A stretch of DNA of 63,040 nt, filler included, from Thermodesulfobacteriota bacterium (lineage in GTDB: Bacteria > DASVDK01): NCBI GenBank assembly GCA_036381125.1. It is 8 parts of 8 records of this genome, joined end to end, with 100 filler letters (N's around TTAATTAATTAA, not from the genome) between each part and the next. Parts side by side here need not be neighbours in the genome. Positions count along the whole stretch, not along the records: positions 32,836 to 37,906 come from DASVDK010000373.1; positions 38,007 to 40,683 come from DASVDK010000374.1; positions 40,784 to 48,431 come from DASVDK010000375.1; 5 more parts are not named here. The stretch is one strand, 5' to 3'. Shown piece after piece: positions 35,696 through 45,351 of the stretch. The stretch's first letter is position 1. Every line of letters begins with the position of its first letter. Position numbers and translations under genes: made by a program. The notes beneath the pieces were generated by a model. It saw nothing but the letters and a program-made list of their open reading frames with translations. It did not search any database and was not told the DNA's origin.

Positions 35696-37434
35696 CGACC
35701 GTTGCCGTCCAGCCGCTCGCCGGCGTCCAGGCGATCCCGCTCGCCCTGATCGACGAGAGCCCGACGAACCCGCGCAAGACCTTCCGCCACCTCGAGGAGC
35801 TCGCGGCCGACGTCGCCCAGCGGGGCATCCTGCAACCGGTGCTGTGCCGCCCGAAGGGGGACCGGTACGAGCTCGTCTTCGGCGCCCGGCGCTACCGGGC
35901 GGCGAAGCTCGCGGGCCTTGCCGAGATCCCGGCCATGGTCCGGGAGATGACCGATCAGGAGGTCCTCGAGACGCAGCTCGTCGAGAACGCCAAGCGCGAC
36001 GACATCCACCCCCTCGAGGAGGCCGAGGCGCTCGAGGCGCTGCACACGCGGCACGGGCTCTCCGTCGACGACCTGGCGGTCAAGGTCGGCAAGAGCAAGG
36101 CCACGGTCTATGCCCGGCTCAAGCTCTGCGCGCTCGTGCCCGCGGCGCGAAAGGCCTTCCTGGCCGAGCAGCTCTCCCCCTCGGTCGCGCTGCTCGTGGC
36201 GCGCGTCCCCCAGGGGCTCCAGGGGGAGGTCCTCAAGCGGCTCGAGCAGTGGCGGCGCGGCGACGACGAGCCGATCAGCCACCGGCAGGCCTTCGACCTG
36301 ATCAGCCGCGAGTTCATGCTCCGGCTGTCGGAGGCGCCGTTCCCGACGACGGACGCCGACCTGGTGCCCACGGCCGGGAGCTGCGCCGCCTGCCCGAAGC
36401 GGACCGGCAACCAGCGCGAGCTGTTCAGCGACGTCAAGTCGGCCGATGTCTGCACCGATCCCATCTGCTTCCGGACGAAGGCGGACGCGGCGTGGGCGCG
36501 GCGGGTGGCCGAGGCGAAGGCCGCCGGCCAGACGGTGCTCTCCGACAAGGAGGCGAAGAAGGTCTTCCCGTACAACCACGGGCATCTCGCGTACGACTCG
36601 GGCTACGTCGACCTGGACGCGGAGGACTACCAAGACCCGAAGCACCGGACGTTCAAGCAGCTCCTCGGGAAGCACGCGCCGACGCCCGTCCTCGTCCGGG
36701 ATCCGGAGGGCCGGGTCCGCGAGCTGATCCTCAAGAAGGATCTCCCCAAGGCGATGAAGGCGGCGGGGCGCGAGCGGCCGAAGGCCTCTACCGCCACGAC
36801 CCGGAAGCCGACGGCGGACGAGGCGAAGAAGGAGGCGCTCGCGAAGCTGCGGGCCGTCGTGCAGACGCGAGCGCTCGAGGCGATCGTCAAGAAGGCCGAG
36901 GCGAAGGAGCCGACGCCCGCCTTCTGGCGGTTCCTCGTGCTTCGGGTGGCCGACGCGGTCGGCATCGGCTTCCTGCCGGAGCTGCTCGAGCGGCGCGGCG
37001 TGAAGCTCGACAAGAAGTCTTGGACCGCGAAGGAGAAGGCGGTCGAGGGGTACGTGTCGAAGGCCTCTGCCGCCACATGCCGAGGCCTCGTTGTCGAGCT
37101 CCTCGCCGGCGACGACGAACCCGACAAGTGGCGCCCAGAGTACTCGACCGGCCTCAAGGCGGCGGCCGACCTCTACGGCGTCGACCTGGCGAAGCTTGAG
37201 AAGGCCGTCGCCGCCGAGCAGGCGAAGGCGACGCCGGCGAAGGAGCCGAAGGCCAAGGGTTCCAAGAAGCGCCAGACGGCACCAACGGGCGCCAAGCATC
37301 ACGGGGCCAGGACCGAGGCCCTCGAGGACGACGCCGACGCGGCGGCCGTCGAGGAGGAATGGGCCGACACGGCGGCAGCGGTCGGCGGGGATCCGCGCGA
37401 CGAGGACTTCGACGACGACGAGGCCGAGGCGTGA
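35692..37434 (+). CDS. ParB/RepB/Spo0J family protein (phage or mobile-element type)
   Basis: NPRKTF, GILQPVLCR, LVFGARRYRA, QLVENAKRDDIHPLEEA, HTH, Cys cluster, acidic tail. Confidence 0.88.
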   Translation: MTTVAVQPLAGVQAIPLALIDESPTNPRKTFRHLEELAADVAQRGILQPVLCRPKGDRYELVFGARRYRAAKLAGLAEIPAMVREMTDQEVLETQLVENAKRDDIHPLEEAEALEALHTRHGLSVDDLAVKVGKSKATVYARLKLCALVPAARKAFLAEQLSPSVALLVARVPQGLQGEVLKRLEQWRRGDDEPISHRQAFDLISREFMLRLSEAPFPTTDADLVPTAGSCAACPKRTGNQRELFSDVKSADVCTDPICFRTKADAAWARRVAEAKAAGQTVLSDKEAKKVFPYNHGHLAYDSGYVDLDAEDYQDPKHRTFKQLLGKHAPTPVLVRDPEGRVRELILKKDLPKAMKAAGRERPKASTATTRKPTADEAKKEALAKLRAVVQTRALEAIVKKAEAKEPTPAFWRFLVLRVADAVGIGFLPELLERRGVKLDKKSWTAKEKAVEGYVSKASAATCRGLVVELLAGDDEPDKWRPEYSTGLKAAADLYGVDLAKLEKAVAAEQAKATPAKEPKAKGSKKRQTAPTGAKHHGARTEALEDDADAAAVEEEWADTAAAVGGDPRDEDFDDDEAEA

Positions 37435-37709
37435 GCCGGGCCTACTACTACGACGACGTCGCCGACGACTTGGTCGAGCTCGACGACGAGGGCGGCCTCC
37501 AGCTCGACGACGACCCGTGGGAGGACGAGGAGCCGATGCTCCTCGACGACCCCGACCTCGAGTCCGACGCGTACCGCGAGGCCGACGCGCTCGAGCGCCT
37601 CGAGGCGGGCCTGCCCGCCTGCCGCCGCTGCGGCTGCACGTCGGCAAACGCCTGCCCGGGCGGCTGCGTGTGGGCGACCCCGGACCTCTGCTCGCGGTGC
37701 GTGGCGTGA
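37431..37709 (+). CDS. Acidic protein with a Cys-rich C-terminal zinc-binding motif
   Basis: CRRCGCTSANACPGGCVWATPDLCSRC; GTGA overlap with the ParB stop. Confidence 0.65.
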   Translation: MSRAYYYDDVADDLVELDDEGGLQLDDDPWEDEEPMLLDDPDLESDAYREADALERLEAGLPACRRCGCTSANACPGGCVWATPDLCSRCVA

Positions 37710-38197
37710 GCGGCTACGTCGCGCCTGGGAATGGCTTCGGGCCGCGGGGAAGTTCCTCGCGCCGGCGACCACGTGGGTCGAGTTCCCAATCGGTGCCGCA
37801 GTCGACGCAGTGCTCCCGTTCGGGGCCTGGAATGACCGTGCGGTCAGGCCGGTGGACCTCCGTCCGGTATTTCTGTGTCTGCTCGTGCAGGCAGGTCTTG
37901 GGGTCTNNNNNNNNNNNNNNNNNNNNNNNNNNNNNNNNNNNNNNNNNNNNTTAATTAATTAANNNNNNNNNNNNNNNNNNNNNNNNNNNNNNNNNNNNNN
38001 NNNNNNAGGGCTCGACGAGCCGGTAGCGCTCGGCGAGCCGCCGCTGCTCGGCTTCGGGGCAGAGGACCTTGACGATGCGGTGCGCCATGGCGCCGCCATT
38101 CTAGCCAGGAAGCCCCTCTCGGGCAGCCGACCGACGGCGCTTGACAGGCGCCGTCCGGTCCTGTATGGAGCGCGACACCTGCTCGGGAGGTGCCGCG

Positions 38198-38425
38198 ATG
38201 GATCCCCTCACCCTCGTCGTCGGCGTGGCCGCCGTCGCCTACGGCCTCTACACGACGTACGCCCGCGTGAAGTCGCCCTCGAGTTTCGGAAAGCTCGCCG
38301 CCATGCGCTCGCGCTTCGGCCACGCGGCGGGGACGGCGGTGCACGTGATCGCCTACACGGTGCTCCCCGTCGTCTTCGGCCTGGTCGCCATCGTGCTCGG
38401 GATGCAGGGAAAGTCGATCTTCTGA
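38198..38425 (+). CDS. Small two-TM membrane protein
   Basis: GGGAGGT RBS; upstream TTGACA at 38141. Confidence 0.7.
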   Translation: MDPLTLVVGVAAVAYGLYTTYARVKSPSSFGKLAAMRSRFGHAAGTAVHVIAYTVLPVVFGLVAIVLGMQGKSIF

Positions 38426-38458
38426 CGCCGCCGGGCGCACCGGCCGGCCGCTCGTGGC

Positions 38459-38738
38459 CTACCCCGCCGGCCGTCCCGCCCGTACCCGGTAGACCGCCTC
38501 GAGCGGCTCCGGCCCGGTGACGCGCACGGCGAGGTCGCGCAGGAGGCCGCCCGCGAGGCCGTGGGCGATGCCGTGCACGGCAAGGCGACGGCCGGACGCC
38601 CGTGCGTTCTGGACGAGGGTCGTGCGCCCGACGCTGGAGACCTGCTCCCCGACGTTCAGCTCGCAGAGGCGATCGATGCGACGGGAGACGAGCCCGAACT
38701 GCCGGTTCTCGCAGGCCGCGCGCGCGCCGCCGCCGCCC
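38459..38738 (-). pseudogene. can: Beta-carbonic anhydrase C-terminal remnant
   Basis: GGARAACENRQFGLV joined to IDRLCELNVGEQV..TTLVQNA..LAVHG..GLAGGLLRDL; no start, N-terminal half absent. Confidence 0.7.
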
Positions 38739-39176
38739 CTACCGCCGCCGCTCGTAGCGCTGGATCTCGGTCTCGGCGAAGAAGTAGGCGATCTCGGTCT
38801 TCGCGGTGTCGGGCCCGTCGGAGCCGTGGACGATGTTGTGCTCGACGTCGTCGGCGAAGTCCTTGCGGATGGTCCCCGGCGCGGCCTTGGCCGGATCGGT
38901 GGCGCCCATCAGCTCGCGGTTCTTCGCGATGGCGTTCTCGCCCTCGAGCACCGAGACGACGACCGGCCCGGACGACATGAAGGTCGTCAGGCTGTCGAAG
39001 AAGGGCCTGGCCCTGTGGACGGCGTAGAAGCCCTCGGCCTCGGCCTTGCTCATCCGGATCATCTTCATGGCGACGATCTTGAGGCCGGCCTGCTCGAGGC
39101 GCCTGAGCACCTCGCCCGTGACCCCCTTGGCCACGCCGTCCGGCTTCACGATCGACAGCGTCCGCTCCACTGCCAC
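38739..39176 (-). CDS. ndk: Nucleoside diphosphate kinase
   Basis: [26 protein letters not shown]. Confidence 0.97.
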   Translation of the reverse strand: MAVERTLSIVKPDGVAKGVTGEVLRRLEQAGLKIVAMKMIRMSKAEAEGFYAVHRARPFFDSLTTFMSSGPVVVSVLEGENAIAKNRELMGATDPAKAAPGTIRKDFADDVEHNIVHGSDGPDTAKTEIAYFFAETEIQRYERRR

Positions 39177-39182
39177 GCTCCC

Positions 39183-40072
39183 CTACCTCCGCGCGTCGAG
39201 GGCCGCCTTGAGGGTCGACCCGAGTTCCGCCGGGCTCTCCGCGACCCGGATGCCGGCCGCGCGGAAGGCGGCGAGCTTGTCGGCCGCCGTCCCCTTGCCG
39301 CCGGCGATGATGGCGCCCGCGTGCCCCATGCGCTTGCCGGGCGGGGCCGTCCGCCCGGCGACGAAGCCGACCACCGGCTTCGTCATGTGCGCCTTGACCC
39401 AGGCGGCCGCGTCCTCCTCGGCCGTCCCGCCGATCTCGCCGATCATGATGACGGCGTCGGTGTCGGGGTCCCTGTTGAAGAGGTCGAGGACGTCGATGAA
39501 GTTGGTGCCGTTCACCGGGTCGCCGCCGATGCCGACGGCCGACGATTGACCGAGGCCGAGGTTCGTGACCTGGAAGACCGCCTCGTAGGTGAGGGTGCCG
39601 CTGCGCGACACGATCCCGATGCGCCCCGGCCTGTGGATGTGCCCCGGCATGATGCCGATCTTGCAGGCGCCCGGCGTGATGACGCCGGGGCAGTTGGGCC
39701 CGATGAGGCGGGTCTTCGAGCCGGCGAGCACCCGCTTCACCTTGACCATGTCGAGGACCGGGATCCCCTCCGTGATGCAGACGACGAGCGGCAGGCCGGC
39801 GTCGACCGCCTCGAGGATCGCGTCGGCCGCGAAGGGCGGCGGCACGTAGATGACGCTCGCCGTCGCCCCGGTCTGCCTGACCGCGTCGGCCACCGTGTCG
39901 AACACCGGCAGGCTCGGGACCCCGTCGGCCTTCCAGGTGGAGCCGCCCTTGCCCGGCGTCACGCCGCCGACCATCTTCGTCCCGTAGAGGAGCGCCTGCT
40001 GGGTGTGGAACGTCCCCTGGCTGCCGGTGATCCCCTGGCAGATGACCCGGGTGCTCGCGTCGACCAGGATGC

Positions 40073-40076
<4 letters not shown>
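39183..40076 (-). CDS. sucD: Succinyl-CoA synthetase alpha subunit
   Basis: [27 protein letters not shown]. Confidence 0.97.
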
Positions 40077-40681
<605 letters not shown>

Positions 40682-40783
40682 GANNNNNNNNNNNNNNNNN
40701 NNNNNNNNNNNNNNNNNNNNNNNNNNNTTAATTAATTAANNNNNNNNNNNNNNNNNNNNNNNNNNNNNNNNNNNNNNNNNNNN

Positions 40784-41102
40784 CCACCTGCTCGTCGTCG
40801 ACGATGAAGCAGGTCGTGCCGATGTCGGCCCGCGTGACGGCGTCGGTGGCGAAGTTGCGGAAGCGGAAGACGCCCCGCGCGACCCGGACGGTCTTCGCGC
40901 CCTGGGCGCCGCCCGTGTTGTCGACGAACTCCTCGGCCCGGCCGACGGCCTTGAGGGTCGTCGACACGCTGCCCGGGACGGCGTAGCCGGCCGCGTTCAG
41001 CGCGACGAGGGCGCCCGCGAAGAGCTTCGCGTTCGCCTCGACCGGGTGCTCGACCACGTCGCCGGTCCGCGCCGGCGTGTTGCGATCCGCCGTGAGCGCC
41101 AT
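40784..41102 (-). CDS. Putative capsid decoration/cement protein (partial)
   Basis: MALTADRNTP..GALVALNAAGYAVPG..VRVARGVF..CFIVDD; lies after the protease. Confidence 0.65.
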
Positions 41103-41105
41103 GGC

Positions 41106-42152
41106 TTACGCCGCCTCCTTCTGCTCGGCCTTCGCCTTCGCGAAGGCCTCGGGCTTGAGGCCGAGCTGCGCGCAGACCGCCTGCTCCTCGGCCGTGAGCG
41201 TGCCGGTCGTCGTCGTCGTGCCGCCGCCCTTGTCGCTGTGCTGCGCGCCGGCCTGGACGACGACCGGGGCCTTCTCGACGTAGGCATCGAAGGCCTTCGG
41301 GTCCTTCCGGTAGAGCTCGAGGCCCCACTCCTTCATGGCGGGGACGAGCTTGCCGGCCTGGATCGCCTTCTCGACCGCGGCCGTCGCCTTCTCCTCGGTC
41401 ACGGTCTTCTGCAGCTCGGCGAGCTGGGTCGCGACCGCCTGGTGCTGGGCGATCGGGACGAACTTTGCCGGGTCCGGCGTGGCCTTGGCTTGGATGGCGG
41501 TCACAAGCTCGGCCGCGGGGGCCGTCGCCGGCAAACTCGCGGCCGTGGCGAGCGCGGCGAGGGTGGCAGTGGCCGCCTTGTCACGCTCGACGAGGGTCTG
41601 GGCGTGCGCGACGACGGCCGCGGCGTCGGCGGTCGCCGGCAGCCCGAAGAGGGCGACGAGGCGGAGGAACGTCTCTCGGTCCATGGGGTCTCCTCGTTCC
41701 TGGGCGGCGAGCGCCGTGAGCCGCAGGTTCGGGTTGTTCGTGAGGCCGGCCCGGTGCAGCCGGAGGACCGCCCCGGACTCCACCGCGTAGTCGAAGACCG
41801 GCGAGAGGAAGCGGTACTCCTTGGCCTTGATCGCCGCGGCGCCCCGCTCCGTCCACTCGACCGCGCCCCAGAGCCCCGTCTCCCGCGCCTCGAGCTTGGT
41901 GATCCACCCCGCCGCGGGCGCCGGCCGCCCGGCGGGCGCGGCGTAGTCGATTGCGTGGTCGAAGTCGATCGGCAGGCCCGCCGGCGCGTCGGCCATCGAC
42001 GCGGCGATGACCCCGGCGGGATCGCTGAGCGTCCACGGCCCGCGGCCGTCGCGGCCGCCGAAGACCCCCGCGGGGAGCAGGTGCACCACCGCGGGCGGCG
42101 TCCCGTCGGCGGCCGCAGCGATCGCGATGGCGTGGCAGGCCTGCCGCTTCAT
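41106..42152 (-). CDS. Mu-like prohead protease/scaffold (gpI)
   Basis: GRDGRGPW, PIDFDH, APAAGWI, VEWT, EYRFLSPVF, AGLTNNPNL. Confidence 0.9.
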   Translation of the reverse strand: MKRQACHAIAIAAAADGTPPAVVHLLPAGVFGGRDGRGPWTLSDPAGVIAASMADAPAGLPIDFDHAIDYAAPAGRPAPAAGWITKLEARETGLWGAVEWTERGAAAIKAKEYRFLSPVFDYAVESGAVLRLHRAGLTNNPNLRLTALAAQERGDPMDRETFLRLVALFGLPATADAAAVVAHAQTLVERDKAATATLAALATAASLPATAPAAELVTAIQAKATPDPAKFVPIAQHQAVATQLAELQKTVTEEKATAAVEKAIQAGKLVPAMKEWGLELYRKDPKAFDAYVEKAPVVVQAGAQHSDKGGGTTTTTGTLTAEEQAVCAQLGLKPEAFAKAKAEQKEAA

Positions 42153-42190
42153 GGCTGGCGGCAGTCTGCGGGCGTGGGCGCCGGCAAACA

Positions 42191-42210
42191 AGGGTGACAA
42201 TTGTCACCCT
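42191..42210. promoter_or_regulatory. Palindromic late-activator site upstream of the protease gene
   Basis: Perfect 20-bp palindrome AGGGTGACAATTGTCACCCT. Confidence 0.75.
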
Positions 42211-42236
42211 GACATGCGCCCCCCTGATGTATCCGG

Positions 42237-43496
42237 CTAGGCCTCGGGTCGGGTGTAGGCGAGCGTGCCGCCGCGCCAGGCCTCGACGGCCGCGGCGTCG
42301 GTGGTCGTGGTGGCGCTCCAGCCGTCCTGGCCGACCTCGACCAGGACGCCGAGCAGGGCCGCCTCGCCCTCGAGCGGGAAGCGGGCGAGGTAGCGGCGCA
42401 CGAGGGCCGGGGTGTCGTCGGCGAGGGTGACCCAGCGCCACCAGACCTCGTCCGGCTGCCGGATCGTCGCGACGAGGAGCCGCGCCGCGCGCCGGGCCTC
42501 GACCGAGAGCCGCCCGGGCCGCCCGTCGCGGCGCGCGAAGAGGTCCGGGCTCACCGGGAGCCGCTCGCCGAGCGGGTCGACGAGGACGCCGGGCTGGTCT
42601 GGCGCGACGTCGGCCGCCTCGAGGAACGCGGCCCGGGCCACGGCCAGGCTGGCGCCGGGCGGGAGCAGCGGCGCCGGCGGCGGCGCCTGGGGCGGCGGCA
42701 ACGGCCAGGTCGGCGCGGGCGTCGGCGTTCCGGGATCGGGGTCGTGCGGGGTAGGCCGCGGCGGCGGCGTGATCCCGCGGTCCGGCCGCAGGCCCGCGTT
42801 GTAGCCGAAGCCCGGATCGATCCCCTCGGGCACGAGCAGCGTCTCGCCGGTCCGGGGGTTGCGGTACGGCACCATCCGGATCTCGGGCGGCGGGCTCAGC
42901 TCGTACCCGTACCGGCCCAGGTCGCGCTCGGAGAGCGACTGCACCGCGCACCGGCAATTCCAGCCGTTCGGCGGATAGTGCGTCTGCCAGAAGGCATCAT
43001 CCACCGGGCGAACGATCCCATGCCAGGCGCGGTGTTGCGGGCGCGTCCGGTCGTCCAGCGTCGCGACGTAGCGGAGATAGGGGCGGCTGGCCTTCGTGCG
43101 CTCGATCCGCGCCCAGCGGCCGGCCGCGTACGACGTCGCGAGGTTCGTGCGGAAGATGGTCTTCAGCCGCGCGGGGCTCCCGAGCTGCGCGATCCGGGTC
43201 TCGCCGCTGCGCGGATCCGTGACCGGCTGCCGGCCCCACCAGCCTTTGGCCTCGAGGAGGGGCTGGAGCCGCCGCTGGAAGTCGGCGAGCGTCGTCCCCT
43301 CGCGGATCGCGTCGTCGACCGCGCGCCGGATGTCCTCGAGGAGGTCGACCCGCATGGCCTTCGCGACCGTAAAGGCGCGGCTGTGCTCGTGCGCCCACAC
43401 GTCGCGCCAATCGAAGCCGATCCGGTAGCCCTTCTGCTCGAAGAACCGGACCGCGTCGGCCGGCGGCAGCGCGCGGAGCGTCGGCTGCGGCGGCAT
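42237..43496 (-). CDS. MuF (gpF) minor head protein with a C-terminal PBECR-like domain
   Basis: AFTVAK, RLKTIFRTN, DDRTRPQH, PPNGWNCRC, GIDPGFGYN; C-terminal PDEVW..RRYL. Confidence 0.85.
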   Translation of the reverse strand: MPPQPTLRALPPADAVRFFEQKGYRIGFDWRDVWAHEHSRAFTVAKAMRVDLLEDIRRAVDDAIREGTTLADFQRRLQPLLEAKGWWGRQPVTDPRSGETRIAQLGSPARLKTIFRTNLATSYAAGRWARIERTKASRPYLRYVATLDDRTRPQHRAWHGIVRPVDDAFWQTHYPPNGWNCRCAVQSLSERDLGRYGYELSPPPEIRMVPYRNPRTGETLLVPEGIDPGFGYNAGLRPDRGITPPPRPTPHDPDPGTPTPAPTWPLPPPQAPPPAPLLPPGASLAVARAAFLEAADVAPDQPGVLVDPLGERLPVSPDLFARRDGRPGRLSVEARRAARLLVATIRQPDEVWWRWVTLADDTPALVRRYLARFPLEGEAALLGVLVEVGQDGWSATTTTDAAAVEAWRGGTLAYTRPEA

Positions 43497-43503
43497 GCGC
43501 GCC

Positions 43504-45081
43504 CTACGCGCCTACGGCGCCCGCGAGCCGCGTCACGAACCCCGCCCGGGCGAGCAGGTCCGCCAGGGCGTCGACGTCCATCTCGGCGAGCGCGTCGGCG
43601 AGCCGCTCGCGGATCTCCTCGAGCGAGCTCGCGCCGGCGAGGACCTCGCGCAGCTCGCCGACGAGCGGGCCCAGGAGCGGCTGCCAGTCCGCGAGCTCGG
43701 CGTCGATCAGCGCGTCGATCGCGTCGCCCTCGCGGGCGGCGTTGGCCGCCGCCTGGCGCGCGAGCCGGCTCGCCCGGGCGGGCGGCCCCTCGGGGTCCGC
43801 AGGCGGGGCGACCGGGGGCGCCGGCGGCGCCGGCTGCGCGAGCAGCTCCACGTCCTTGCCCGCCGGGGGATCGGGCAGACCGAGCTTGTCGCGCACGACC
43901 GACTGCTCGACCTTGAGGCCGAGGGGCACGAGCTTCGCGAGCGCGTCGGAGAGCTCCGCCACGTTCGTGGCGTCCCGGAGCCCGATGATGATCCGCGGGT
44001 AGGCCTTCTGGGGCCCGAGGTTGAGGTCGACCAGCGGGCGGACCAGGTCGCGGTTGAGGGTGGCCGCGAGCTGCTTCGCATCCGCGCGCTGGATGTCCCG
44101 CCGGACCTCGTTGTGCTCCTTCGCGACCGCATGCCCGCCGGAGATCGCGTCGGTCGTCGTCGTCTGGCCGAGGACGGCCTTCGACACCTGCTGGTCCATG
44201 AAGTCGGCGAGCTGCTTGAAGACCTCGGCGCCGCTGGCCGTCGAGCTGCCCCGCTTGGCGTCGATGAACTCGATCATCATCTCCTGCGGGATCATGGCGG
44301 CGGCGTCCGAGCCCAGGTTGCGGAGGGCCTGGAAGAGCTTCTCCTTGTCCTCGTCGGTCGCCCCGGGCCCATACTTGCCCACGCGCAGCGGCTGCCCGTA
44401 GACCTCGACGAAGGTGACCCAGTCCTTAACCCCGTAGTTCTTGAACAGGTACGCCCACGCGGCCGCGCGCGCGAGGCCGCCGCGGATCGGGAGTCCCGTC
44501 TTCGCCGTGTGCCGGTGCACGATGAACTTGAACGGGGCGAGCGGCACGGGGAGCCCGGCCTCGCGGAGGAGGAGCGTGCGGCCGTCGATCCGGTCGAACT
44601 CGAACCAGCGCGGGTCCCGGTGCTCGAGCCGCACGGGCCACCACCGCGACGCCGACAGCTCCCAGATGATCTCCGTCGCGCTGAAGCCCTTGCCGATGGC
44701 GTCGAGGATGTCGACGAGCTCGGCCTCGAGGTCGTCGCGCCGCAGCCACTCGCGGACCAGGTCGGCGGCCTCCACGTCGGCCGCGGCGTCCGAGGCCGCC
44801 TCGACCGTGAGCTCGAGCTGGGCGACGGCGCGCTTGCGGGTGCCGAGCACGGCCAGGTAGTGCAGGTCGCGCTCCTCCATGTCCTCGGCGAGCTCGAGGT
44901 AGCGCATCGGGTCGCCGTCCTCGGCCTCGCGCAGCAGGCGCGCGAGTCGCTCGGGCGTGAGCCCCTTCGCCGGGTGGCCCGCCCAGATGGTCCGGATTCC
45001 GGTGAGGCTCGGCGCGGCCTGCTCGCGGCGCAGGGCGCCGAGGTCGACGGGTCGGCCGTAGGCGTCGTAGAGCGTCGGCAT
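43504..45081 (-). CDS. Portal protein (DUF935, Mu gp29-like)
   Basis: EDMEERD, DAIGKGFS, EVYGQPLRVGKY, SKAVLGQT. Confidence 0.9.
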   Translation of the reverse strand: MPTLYDAYGRPVDLGALRREQAAPSLTGIRTIWAGHPAKGLTPERLARLLREAEDGDPMRYLELAEDMEERDLHYLAVLGTRKRAVAQLELTVEAASDAAADVEAADLVREWLRRDDLEAELVDILDAIGKGFSATEIIWELSASRWWPVRLEHRDPRWFEFDRIDGRTLLLREAGLPVPLAPFKFIVHRHTAKTGLPIRGGLARAAAWAYLFKNYGVKDWVTFVEVYGQPLRVGKYGPGATDEDKEKLFQALRNLGSDAAAMIPQEMMIEFIDAKRGSSTASGAEVFKQLADFMDQQVSKAVLGQTTTTDAISGGHAVAKEHNEVRRDIQRADAKQLAATLNRDLVRPLVDLNLGPQKAYPRIIIGLRDATNVAELSDALAKLVPLGLKVEQSVVRDKLGLPDPPAGKDVELLAQPAPPAPPVAPPADPEGPPARASRLARQAAANAAREGDAIDALIDAELADWQPLLGPLVGELREVLAGASSLEEIRERLADALAEMDVDALADLLARAGFVTRLAGAVGA

Positions 45082-45329
45082 CAGGGCCTCCTCCTGTCGC
45101 GGTCGCCCGGGTACGGCTGGCCGACCGGGTCGTAGTCCGCCGGGTCCATCGCCACCCACCGCGTCGCGTAGGGCCACGTCTCGAGACGATCGGCGCGGAC
45201 GTCGGCCTCCGGGATCGGCCCCGTGTAGTGGGTCGGATAGGCGCCCTCGAGCCGGACGGCGAGGACCTCGCCGGAGCGGGCGTGGCGCCAGTACTCGTGG
45301 GTGATCGGCCGCGTGGGCTGGTCGCTCAT
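45081..45329 (-). CDS. Small hypothetical protein between terminase and portal
   Basis: GGAGG RBS; 82 aa; its stop overlaps the portal start. Confidence 0.55.
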   Translation of the reverse strand: MSDQPTRPITHEYWRHARSGEVLAVRLEGAYPTHYTGPIPEADVRADRLETWPYATRWVAMDPADYDPVGQPYPGDRDRRRP

Positions 45330-45351
45330 GGCGTGCGCCTCCGTGAGGCCG

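Larger units (their letters stand above)
32836..37906 (+). mobile_element. Prophage or mobile-element early region fragment
   Basis: Run of short co-oriented, ATGA-coupled hypothetical genes, zinc-finger proteins, and SSB-like and ParB-like genes. Confidence 0.75.

Noticed and set aside
37714-37906. Partial minus-strand ORF with CLH..CVDC at the end of contig 4
   Set aside because: Short, truncated and not assignable to any family.
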